From assembly GCA_963744145.1 (NCBI GenBank), contig CAVUSO010000001.1:7232001-7296000 (forward strand): 64,000 nt of DNA, given 5' to 3'. The DNA is from an uncultured cyanobacterium (GTDB lineage: Bacteria; Cyanobacteriota; Cyanobacteriia; Cyanobacteriales; CAWUOF01). Position 1 is the stretch's first letter; every line of letters starts with the position of its first letter. The position numbers were made by a program, and so were the translations under genes. The notes under the pieces were generated by a model, which saw only the letters and a list, made by a program, of their open reading frames with translations, did not search any database and was not told the origin of the DNA. This document shows, one piece after another, positions 40,868 to 50,067 of this stretch.

Positions 40868-41920
40868 CTAATATGGCGGCAATAACCGCCGAAAACCATG
40901 ACTCAATACTACTATAAGAAAAAATATATTTCGTAACAGTAAGCTGGGAAATAGTAATTGAATTGGCTGACTTACCATATTAGTTTGAATACTTTGGCTA
41001 AGTTGTTTGGCCAAACATTCTATCCACTCAACTGACCGAGATGGTTCCAACAACCTACTCAGCCATTCTCTCGGAATTCCTTCTTTACCAACCGATGCCC
41101 CGACAATCCCACCCACCATTGCAGCAATTGAATCGGTGTCACCACCACATTGAATTGTCGCGATAATAGCTCCCTGGTAATCCTGTTGATGACTTAACCA
41201 AGCATGAATAGCCACGGGTACGGAATGATAGACATATCCAGAGACACCTTTGGAAAACCCTAGTCCTACTGCAAACTGCGGTGTAGACTCAGATTTTTTC
41301 ACACTCTCTACTGCTTGACTAATCAGTGAGATGAGTTGATTGGCATCACTACCAAGACAAGAGTTTAGTTGACTCAGAAAATCTTCACCAGATATGGTTG
41401 TAGCTTGACAAGCATTTCTGGCAGCTAACGCGATCGCAAAAGCACCATACTCAGCTTTAGGGTCGGTATGTGTAATTCTTGTAGCAATCCGAACTACCTC
41501 CCGAAGTCTATCAAGATCGCCGATAGCTACGCCTAGAATTGCTGCACGCATCGCGGGGCCATTTCCAGCAGAAAAGACACCACTTTTGTCGGGGGAAACT
41601 CCGATCCATAACTTCAGGATAGAGCGTAGAGTTGCCAAACCAATTCCTGCTGGAAAACCAAGCAGCCACCAACGAAACCGCCAAGCTAATTGACTCTGAA
41701 ACTCAACTAGATTTCTACCAGATGCAATCAACGACTGTGCAACAATGCAAGTATGTTCAGTGTCATCAGACACCATTCCAAAACCAAATAATAAACGATG
41801 TTGGTTTGGAAATCCAAGCAATTTGGAAGCGCGACGAGGGGATAAGCCTTCATAAGGAAGCCCAATTGCGTCACCTACCGCAGTTCCTAAAATTGAACCA
41901 ACGATGTGAGATTGCTCCAT
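40868..41920 (-). CDS. ADP-ribosylglycohydrolase family protein
   Basis: GTAVGDAIG, SDDTE, GNGPAMR, GGDTDS. Confidence 0.92.
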   Translation of the reverse strand: MEQSHIVGSILGTAVGDAIGLPYEGLSPRRASKLLGFPNQHRLLFGFGMVSDDTEHTCIVAQSLIASGRNLVEFQSQLAWRFRWWLLGFPAGIGLATLRSILKLWIGVSPDKSGVFSAGNGPAMRAAILGVAIGDLDRLREVVRIATRITHTDPKAEYGAFAIALAARNACQATTISGEDFLSQLNSCLGSDANQLISLISQAVESVKKSESTPQFAVGLGFSKGVSGYVYHSVPVAIHAWLSHQQDYQGAIIATIQCGGDTDSIAAMVGGIVGASVGKEGIPREWLSRLLEPSRSVEWIECLAKQLSQSIQTNMVSQPIQLLFPSLLLRNIFFLIVVLSHGFRRLLPPY

Positions 41921-42494
41921 AAAACTAGACTGCCCTAAATCAACAACACCACTTTTAATTTAGTTTTTTCTGCAATCGTACAGCTATTAAAATGTTTGAA
42001 AATCTTAGAAGATATAGCCTGAATATTTCTTAATTCTGAAAGTGATCGCCCCCAATTCCCAATCAACCATCTCAATAGCAGTGGGGGAACTTTTGCAAAA
42101 TTTCAGACCTTGAACAGAGAATAATCCACATTTTAGATGCGATCGCCCCTAAAACTTCCAAATATCGGCCACAAGACCTAAAAAGTTGCGGGTTGAATGC
42201 GAGCCACTCCCAAACCCTCTGCATATTTGGCCACATCTAAACAACTATAGACCTACAGGATTGAAGGCGATCGCTCCCACCCACTAAACAGCGAGTCCTA
42301 CCAGAATTACAGCGACCATTGAAAAATTTCAAACCCTGAGCAGAGAATAATCCTTAAATGCGATCGCATTTAATAGGGCTGACCATCCTTATGAGTAAAG
42401 TGCCATTTCCCATCTACCATCACTGCTAGCAGATCGTCGTCAGGATAAGTGACTGCATCGCCAGGGATGCGATCGCCTATTTCTAGGTAAATAA

Positions 42495-43642
42495 TACCAA
42501 TTCTCTAAATACCGACTACAGATAGTGCCTCTAATATATAGGCTCGTCCCGTAATTGAGGCAATTACTTTTGAATTCATCTTTTCTAGTTCTTTACTAAT
42601 TAAAAGTCTTAATTCATCTAAGTTTCTTGGTAATTCCCATCTCAATCCCTTTTTGAGATACTGCCATACCTGTTCGATTGGATTTGATTCAGGACAATGG
42701 GATGGTTGAAACATTAAAATAACGTTTTTAGGAATTACCAACTTTTTAGCTTTATGAAAACCACCATTGTCTAACTGAATGATCAAAATACTATCCGAAA
42801 AATGCGCGGCTACTAAGTCTAAAAATATCTGAAAGCATTGACTATTGAGATGAGTAAACTCGTAAAAGAAATGTTCCCCTGTCTTTGGCTCTACTACGCC
42901 ATAAATATAAGTCGCTTGAAATTTCCACTGCACTTTACCAATTGGTTTTACCCCACGAATGGTAATTTTTCTCCCACTAATCGTTTTCATGCCGATCCGC
43001 GTTTCATCTTGACATAAAAATCTGACTTTATCTCCTAAACTCATTACTGTTATGGCAAACCAACTCAGCATAGCTAGGTCCTCTGCCAAGTGATTTCTAA
43101 AATTATCTAACTTTTTTTTTGACTGTTCTGTACTTTTCGGCCTGGCGATTTTTGGTGAGGCTTTTAGTTTATAATGCACTAATTGATGAACGGTTTTATA
43201 TTTAGCTTCTATCCCAAGGGTGGATGATAGCCATTGACAAATTTCCCCATAACTATTAAATCCTTCCTCTTCATTTAGTCGTTTTTCTAAACTTTTTACC
43301 GCCCAGTCAGGAATTTTTCTCGGTCGGCCTGTACCCACTTTTTTCCCCAGATATTTGGCCAATCCTCCTTGACGGTATTTGGCTAACCAATCTTGAACGG
43401 TAACTCGATTTCTGCCCAAGATTTCAGCAACTTCTGTGACTGTTTTAGCTTTGTTTATCTTGAGTAGATATAATGCTTGTAATCGTTCTTTTCCTGGACC
43501 AGTTTTTTCCACTGCGAGCAATTTCTTCAGCTCGGCTTCACTTTCCTTAATGTCTAGGTGATAAACTCCTGCCATATTTTTCCTTCAACTCTACTCAAAT
43601 TATACTCTACACTATCTGTAGTCAAAGTTGCAAGAATTGGTA
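42495..43642 (-). mobile_element. IS630-family insertion sequence, 1148 bp
   Basis: 33-bp imperfect TIRs TACCAATTCT-N9-GACTACAGATAGTG; TAA duplicated at 42492-42494 and 43643-43645. Confidence 0.92.
42505..43575 (-). CDS. IS630 family transposase (single intact ORF)
   Basis: HTH N-terminus; QDETR, QLDNGGFH, PESNPIEQVW. Confidence 0.93.
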   Translation of the reverse strand: MAGVYHLDIKESEAELKKLLAVEKTGPGKERLQALYLLKINKAKTVTEVAEILGRNRVTVQDWLAKYRQGGLAKYLGKKVGTGRPRKIPDWAVKSLEKRLNEEEGFNSYGEICQWLSSTLGIEAKYKTVHQLVHYKLKASPKIARPKSTEQSKKKLDNFRNHLAEDLAMLSWFAITVMSLGDKVRFLCQDETRIGMKTISGRKITIRGVKPIGKVQWKFQATYIYGVVEPKTGEHFFYEFTHLNSQCFQIFLDLVAAHFSDSILIIQLDNGGFHKAKKLVIPKNVILMFQPSHCPESNPIEQVWQYLKKGLRWELPRNLDELRLLISKELEKMNSKVIASITGRAYILEALSVVGI

Positions 43643-44326
43643 TAACTTCTTCATTAGTGTTGTTTACTAAGTGATGGGCATTACCGGAACCTGCCCTAAA
43701 ACCCGCACACATACCCGGAGATAGTTGCTGCTCCCCTTCATCTGTAATCAATGTGGGATTGCCTTGCAAAATATAGATAAATTCATCTTGAGTGGTATGG
43801 GCATGACGCAGGGCAGAAGCCGCCGAGGGTAATAATTTTGTTAGGTTGACACCGAAATTCTTCAGGTCCGAATAAATCCCCTAAAATGCGTTTCTCTCGT
43901 CCTTCCATTTTCTGGGCATAGGGTTCTGGGTAATAACTTTTCTTGGCACGGGGGACTACTTCGCTGGAAAGGATCGCGCTTGGATAGTTGGAGTCTGACA
44001 TTTCTATCTAATAAGGCGAGAACTACTAGGGCATTTTAATTTATTACAGAATCAATGCGATCGCCCCCAAATCTCTCAATATCTGGCCACTCTAAGAAAA
44101 ATTAGCCTTTAACTTGGGGGAATGGATACTATTCGCTACAGTTTTTCAACATCCAGCCACTCCAGAAAATTGCTGATAGACTGGGAATGGGATGCGATCG
44201 CCACTCCAAGCTAAACATTTTCCCCCAGTAATGACTATGTGGTTCAATTGAAAGCGATCGCTCCCAAATTAGAGACATAATAACTTAGGCATTACTTGCA
44301 CTAATAAAGAAAAATAGGAGTATTTT

Positions 44327-45040
44327 ATGGATTCAAGGGCAATTTTATTGGGGATTAACTTGATTTCTTTTATTATTGCAATTTATTATATTTTTATAGC
44401 AAAAGAGCCATTGGGAATATTTCTTTTAGTAATCATTGGATATGCTTATTTTAATAGCGCGTATATTCGAGGAATATTATGTATGCGGCAACATCAATTT
44501 CCAGAGGCAATAGATAATTTCCAAAAAGCTATAAGAATAAGACCTAATTTGTCTATAACTTATTTAAACCTGGCCTATGCTTTTACATATATTAATCAAC
44601 AAGAAACTGCAATGTTTTATTTTTCTAATTTTATTCACCTAAATTCTAACAATTTTGTAGGCTATTATAACCGTGGGATGGTGCTTTATAATTTAGAATT
44701 ATTTGATGATACGCTTGCAGATTTCAATCAAAGTATAAAATTTTACAAAAATTATCCAGCAGCCTACTATGGACGTTGCAATGTTTATATTAAATTGAAT
44801 TATCTGAATGACGCGATCGCAGATTTTAAATTAGCTAATAAATTAGAACCTAAATATCCTATCCAACCCAACGATATACATGGATTGTATCATGCAGGAT
44901 TAGCTCATAGTTCTTATAGTAACTTCAATCTTGCTCTAGTCTATTTATACAAAGCAGCCCGTTTATGTATAAAAAACCGGAACGACTGTATGCTTGTAAT
45001 TATTGAAGATGCTATTAAGACTCTGGAGTCTGAGATGTAG
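44327..45040 (+). CDS. Membrane-anchored TPR protein
   Basis: N-terminal TM segments; repeats EAIDNFQKAI, YYNRG, AYYGRC, DAIADF. Confidence 0.82.
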   Translation: MDSRAILLGINLISFIIAIYYIFIAKEPLGIFLLVIIGYAYFNSAYIRGILCMRQHQFPEAIDNFQKAIRIRPNLSITYLNLAYAFTYINQQETAMFYFSNFIHLNSNNFVGYYNRGMVLYNLELFDDTLADFNQSIKFYKNYPAAYYGRCNVYIKLNYLNDAIADFKLANKLEPKYPIQPNDIHGLYHAGLAHSSYSNFNLALVYLYKAARLCIKNRNDCMLVIIEDAIKTLESEM

Positions 45041-45420
45041 AGTTAATGCGATCACCTAAACAAAAATAGCTAACCTTCAGACCAAAAGATGGTAAAGTCT
45101 GAGAGAAATTAAAAGCGATCGCCGCTCACCCAAAACATCTAAATTGCACAATTGTTCACCCAAATTGAAACTGTGCAGCGCCGTCGCGGATAAACGCTAG
45201 GATAATTACAGAGTAAAGACCCTAGCTAAAATATTCATCTCAGCAAAAATTACCTTCACAAGTTTCTCTAAAAAATTAGATGTTTTTGGTATCGAAACTG
45301 GAACAAATGGCCATAATAATTGCTAATTGCTTGGTAGTTGCTATTGGGCGATCGCCACTCCCATAATTTAAAGCGATCGCGACCTCAAGCTAGACAAAAA
45401 TATAACCGGAGAAATATCAA

Positions 45421-45813
45421 TTACTCGTATTCGAGATTGGTGTCAAACCCATAACCCACCAAATCCTGAAACGATAAATCAAACACTTGATCATCTTGCA
45501 GATGACGGTCAATGAGTTCTAGCCGATGCAATTCTTGCTCAATCTCATAGATGCGCCGACAAAGTTGGCTTATCTCTTCCTTTTCTTCACTAGAAATATC
45601 ATCTTGAGAGTAGAGTGTGGCAGGCCCACGTCCATGACCGTAACTGTTATCAAAAACACGCAGCATAAATGAACGGACTTTCTTAGAATCGCTCATAAAA
45701 TTGTTGAGCGCAGCATTACGCTTTTCTAGTCGCTCTTGAAGTTGAGTGATCCGATATCCGATAGCCGCTTTAATCTCTTTGCCACTCTTGCGAAACTTGA
45801 TATCTAATGGCAT
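45421..45813 (-). CDS. Hypothetical coiled-coil protein
   Basis: 130 aa, AAGGAG ribosome-binding site before ATG. Confidence 0.7.
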   Translation of the reverse strand: MPLDIKFRKSGKEIKAAIGYRITQLQERLEKRNAALNNFMSDSKKVRSFMLRVFDNSYGHGRGPATLYSQDDISSEEKEEISQLCRRIYEIEQELHRLELIDRHLQDDQVFDLSFQDLVGYGFDTNLEYE

Positions 45814-46131
45814 AGTAAACTCCTTAACTCATGATACTAACTGTATCCGATTGCTCCTGTTCTGACAATCCATTTGATCCCCTATACCCCAAACTCAAGT
45901 AATTGTCTTTGTCGAAATCTTCATGGTCTCACTTTATGCGATCGCCACTCTCCAGCTCCATATCTAGAATTGCGGTTTGAATGCGATCGCCTAAAACAAA
46001 TCTAGAATCAGGTCGCGATCGCTACTCTCTAACTCCACAAATCAAACTCATAAATTAAATACGATCACACCTAAGCAAATATTGAAAGCGATTTCTATTC
46101 TTAAACCCAATTAGATTCAAAGTTTGCTGGA

Positions 46132-46467
46132 TTGGGAGCGATCACACCTAAGCATGAGAAAATAATCAGAAAATATTTCAATAATTATATAAGCAACCAT
46201 GCTGGCGATTTAATTCAATCATTACCGACAGGAAAAATCTCGCCACGGAGAGCGATCGCCAAGTACCGCACCAGTGAAGAAGGAAAACTGGCAAAACTTG
46301 AGGCACAACAAAGATATAAGCGATCTGAAAAGGGTAAAGAAGCTCAGTTACGGGCTGCTCAAAAATATGAAGCAGCTAATCTGGAGAAACGTCGCAAACA
46401 AAAAGCTGAGTGGGCTAGGAAAAACTACCAACGGAAAAAAGTGGCTGCGACTGAACTTGCAACGTAA
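46132..46467 (+). CDS. Basic helical-repeat hypothetical protein (possible fragment)
   Basis: KYRTSEEGK / RYKRSEKGK / KYEAANLEK repeats; weak TTG start. Confidence 0.4.
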   Translation: MGAITPKHEKIIRKYFNNYISNHAGDLIQSLPTGKISPRRAIAKYRTSEEGKLAKLEAQQRYKRSEKGKEAQLRAAQKYEAANLEKRRKQKAEWARKNYQRKKVAATELAT

Positions 46468-46574
46468 TTATCCAAAGTTTGCAACAAAAATTAATGATGT
46501 TGAAGTTCTTAGCAAGTGATAGCACCAGATTAATTGTTGGGTATTTTATGTAAATAACCAGCTTATTTAATAAT

Positions 46575-47385
46575 ATGAAAACTCAAGAGTTATTAAAGCT
46601 TTACAAACGAGGTAGGAGAGACTTTCGCGGTCATGACCTTCGAGGTTTATCTTTTGAAGGTAAAGACTTATCTGGTGCAGATTTTTCTAAATGTGATATT
46701 AGAGGAACTAACTTTAGTCGCGCTAATCTTACGGGTGCTAAGTTTGTAGAAGCTAAAGCTGGATTGCAGAAACAGTGGGTGATTGGCTTATTTATTTTTT
46801 GTTATTTATTATCTGCTTTTGCTGGATTGTTTATTTCCATTTTAGTTGCTTTTATCACACTTATATTTTCTAATGAATATAATAATATGATCATGGGTTG
46901 GATCAGCATATTTATAACTTTTAGTTTAAATTTGATTCTTATTTACCGAGGATTTAAACCCGTCGCCTACACTGTCGGATTCCCTATTCGCTGCACTGTC
47001 CGATTCGCTGTCACCTACATTGTCGGATTCCCTATTGCTTACGCCTGTTGCTATCACTATGGCAATCGCTGTTGCTGTGGCCGTCGGTGTGGCCACCTTT
47101 GCCAGAACCTTCGCCACAATTGTCGCTATCGCCATTATTCTAATATTATTCTACAGTTACATTGGCTGGTGTGCTATTAAAGGAGATTCTAAATATAACA
47201 AGATTCGAGAAATTGCAATTAGGTTAGCTGCTACAGGTGCTACTAACTTTAACGGTGCAATTCTAGCTGATGCTGACTTTACCAAAGCCTCACTTAAAAA
47301 TACTGACTTCCGAAAATCTGACTTAACTAATACTTGTTTTCAAGATGCTAAACAATTAGATTTAGCTTGTTTTAATGATCTTTAG
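46575..47385 (+). pseudogene. Truncated pentapeptide-repeat membrane protein, paralogue of 50068-52248, frameshifted near 47045
   Basis: Near-identical N-terminus (QELLKLY..GRRDFR..DLRGLSF); two overlapping ORFs join on removing one C; ends at LDLACFNDL. Confidence 0.8.
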
Positions 47386-47532
47386 TTTGAAGCTAATTTG
47401 AAAATTCGTTAAATGTTTATTTTGATAGTCTGGTCTAAGCGATCGCAATCTCCCAACCAACGCCCAAGCATCAATAACCATAGGATCACTCAATTGCTCT
47501 CCAAAAATAATCAGGCGATCGCCCTAAATAAT

Positions 47533-48531
47533 TCAAGTTTCCATAGCAAAATCTTCTGGATCAATATACCAATTAATCCAGCAAATTGCTTCTCTAGCAG
47601 AATCAAGATCGGGTGGAACACGCAGGACATGGATATGAGCTGTACTTGGACAAGTCATTTTTAGTAGATGGATGGGTTCAACATCAACATCCGCATCAAT
47701 TTTGAGTAATGTATATTCCCGATAGCGATCAATTTCGATTGCTCCTAATTCTTCAATGATGCGATCGTATCCCAGTCGCTGAAGTAACATTCTCCGAATT
47801 TCAGCATTTTTTTCTGTAATTAACCATTCAGCTTTCCATTCCTCTGAATGAGTCCAATAGCGACGTGGAAGATTGACACCAAAACAGTAAACCTCCAAAT
47901 CTTGATTAGGATGATTAGCCAAAGTAGATAAATCTTCAATAGAGTTACCACAGAGCTGAAGCATTCTTAAAGAATGGATCTGCCCTATCTCTGTTGGGAT
48001 GCTTGTTAGTTGGTTATGAAACAGATCGAGAGTTTCCAAAGATTGGAGTTGTCCAATCTCTGCTGGTAGGTTTGTTAGTTGGTTTTGCCACAGATCGAGT
48101 GTGTTTAGAGAATGGAGTTGTCCGATTTCTGCTGGTATGCTTGTTATTTCATTTCTCCACAAATCAAGTCTAGTCAAAGAATGGAGTTGTCCTATCTCTG
48201 GTGGTAGACTTGTTAGTTGATTCCAACGCAGATTGAGTGTGGTCAAAGAACGGAGTTGTCCTATCTCTGGTGGTAGACTTGTTAGTTTGTTCCCGCGCAG
48301 GTTGAGTATGGTCAAAGAATGGAGTTGTCCGATCTCTGCTGGTAGGCTTTTTAATTGATTGCCAGACAGCCAAAGGTTTTTCAAAACACATAACAGTCCT
48401 ATCTCTTTTGGCAAAGTTGTCAATCCCTTGCAATTGAGAAAAAGTTCTGTCTTATCTAATGAACTAAGAATTATTTCTCGTATTTCTGTTTCTTCCATGT
48501 TCAATATCTTTTTCCTTTTCTTTATGGCCAA
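47533..48531 (-). CDS. Leucine-rich repeat protein with DUF6745-like C-terminal domain
   Basis: 23-aa repeats LTSLPPEIGQLxSLxxLxLxxNQ; C-terminal EKNAEIRR...LLKMTCPST..HVLRVPP. Confidence 0.85.
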   Translation of the reverse strand: MAIKKRKKILNMEETEIREIILSSLDKTELFLNCKGLTTLPKEIGLLCVLKNLWLSGNQLKSLPAEIGQLHSLTILNLRGNKLTSLPPEIGQLRSLTTLNLRWNQLTSLPPEIGQLHSLTRLDLWRNEITSIPAEIGQLHSLNTLDLWQNQLTNLPAEIGQLQSLETLDLFHNQLTSIPTEIGQIHSLRMLQLCGNSIEDLSTLANHPNQDLEVYCFGVNLPRRYWTHSEEWKAEWLITEKNAEIRRMLLQRLGYDRIIEELGAIEIDRYREYTLLKIDADVDVEPIHLLKMTCPSTAHIHVLRVPPDLDSAREAICWINWYIDPEDFAMET

Positions 48532-48650
48532 TTACAATCCTAAAAGATGTGATCGCCGCTTATTTTTCATTATTTCTTCTAATTCTGCGACTAAATTATA
48601 TGCGATCACAAATAAAGAAACCTTCTACCATACTGCACCAAACAAGGTAA

Positions 48651-49532
48651 TCAAAATATTGCCCCAGTAAGATCAGCTTCACTTAAGTTTACATCAATCA
48701 ATATAGCATCTCTAAAATCAACATCTTTAAATACAACAGGATTATCGTTTAATGAACTAAGATCATATATACCTATCTTGCCAAAATCATTTTTTCCTGT
48801 AATCAAAGCTTTACTTAAGTTAGCTTTTCTGAGATTTGCACCTGTAAAATCTGCACCTCTGAGATCAGCTCCTTCAAGATTTGCTTCTTCAAGATTGGCA
48901 TTTCTGAAATTTGCTCCATCAAGTTGAGTGTTACTTAGATTTGCTCTAACTAAAATTGCGTCTTTAAAATCTGCTAATGATAAAAGCGCACCACTTAAAT
49001 TAGCATCTGTAAAATTTGCCTGTGCTAAAGATGCCCTAAAAAAAAGCCCTCCCATCATAGATCCACAACTAAAATCAGCATCGGCTAAGTTGGCATTAGA
49101 AAAATTAGCTTTAGTAAATTCTACTGAACAGAGAAACTGACCTCGGCTCAAATCTGCATAGCTTAAGTCAGCTTCACTAAGGTCTAAACATTCTAAGTCA
49201 CAGTCTTTCATATTAACTCTGCTCAGATTTATTTTTGTTAAATCTATATCATCTTCAATAGATACAAATTCCTTTATTAGCTCATCATCACATGAAAGAG
49301 AACCACCACCCAAAGCACTAATATATGCTCTTTCTAAATTCGGAATTTTTTCTGGATTGTTTTCTCTCCAGGTATTCCAAACTTTGGCTCCTCGACAAAA
49401 AATTTCTAATTCTGACATTGCAGATAGTTCACTATGTTCTAATAATTTAGGATTGCTTTTGTTTCTCAGTGCTTCTAACGATATAGTGATTTTACGTTCG
49501 CAAGTATGATCCAAATCTTCTGGATTAGACAT
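48651..49532 (-). CDS. Pentapeptide repeat protein
   Basis: WNTWRENNP then A(N/D)LxxA repeats. Confidence 0.9.
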   Translation of the reverse strand: MSNPEDLDHTCERKITISLEALRNKSNPKLLEHSELSAMSELEIFCRGAKVWNTWRENNPEKIPNLERAYISALGGGSLSCDDELIKEFVSIEDDIDLTKINLSRVNMKDCDLECLDLSEADLSYADLSRGQFLCSVEFTKANFSNANLADADFSCGSMMGGLFFRASLAQANFTDANLSGALLSLADFKDAILVRANLSNTQLDGANFRNANLEEANLEGADLRGADFTGANLRKANLSKALITGKNDFGKIGIYDLSSLNDNPVVFKDVDFRDAILIDVNLSEADLTGAIF

Positions 49533-49696
49533 TTAGTTGCTCCTTATCAAATTCTTAGAAAACAGTTTGACTATTTTTTTCACAAATTTCCCAACTAACT
49601 CCTAAGCAGCACTAAACACAGGCTAACTTACCAGGAGAAGTTTGTCAGCCACTTGGCGATCGCTCACCAAAAATTAATCTATCCCGCCCCACAGAT

Positions 49697-49936
49697 TCAA
49701 CCAGTCTGTGTCCAACATGGGGCTTTCCAGACTGCATCCCAAATGACTGCGGGCAAAGTTCCCATAGTTTCTAGTTCTGTGACTAACTGATTTGCTTGAT
49801 CTATGGTGGCGATCGCCATTTCTCCAACTTTTGCCCAAGCTGCACTAATCACCGCTGCACTCACCGGGGGGATTTTTTCTGTGGGACTGACTAGCAGTTG
49901 GGTTAATTGGCGATCGCTCTCAATATCTGAAATCAT
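49697..49936 (-). pseudogene. Orphan gene 3' fragment, copy B
   Basis: LVSPTEKIPPVSAAVISAAW...IWDAVWKAPCWT, homologous to 55472-55684. Confidence 0.6.
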
Positions 49937-50067
49937 TACAGTTACTAGATATTGGGGAAATATCTGCTTGTAACAAAAGTTAATGATGTTGAAGTTTTCA
50001 GCAATACTGACACCTGGTTAATTGTTGGCTATTTTGGTGTAAATAACCAGTTTGCTTAATTATTTAT

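Larger units (their letters stand above)
42370..44001 (-). pseudogene. Cupin-domain protein interrupted by IS630 (plus a one-base frameshift near 43865)
   Basis: Reconstructed ...LGDLFGLKNFGVNLT...RHAHTTQDEFIYILQG...AHHLVNNTNEEV|IYLEIGDRIPGDAVTYPDDDL...FTHKDGQPY*. Confidence 0.87.

Noticed and set aside
47950..48420. 69-bp repeats as a diversity-generating retroelement or array
   Set aside because: They are coding LRR units; no reverse transcriptase or template repeat is in the window
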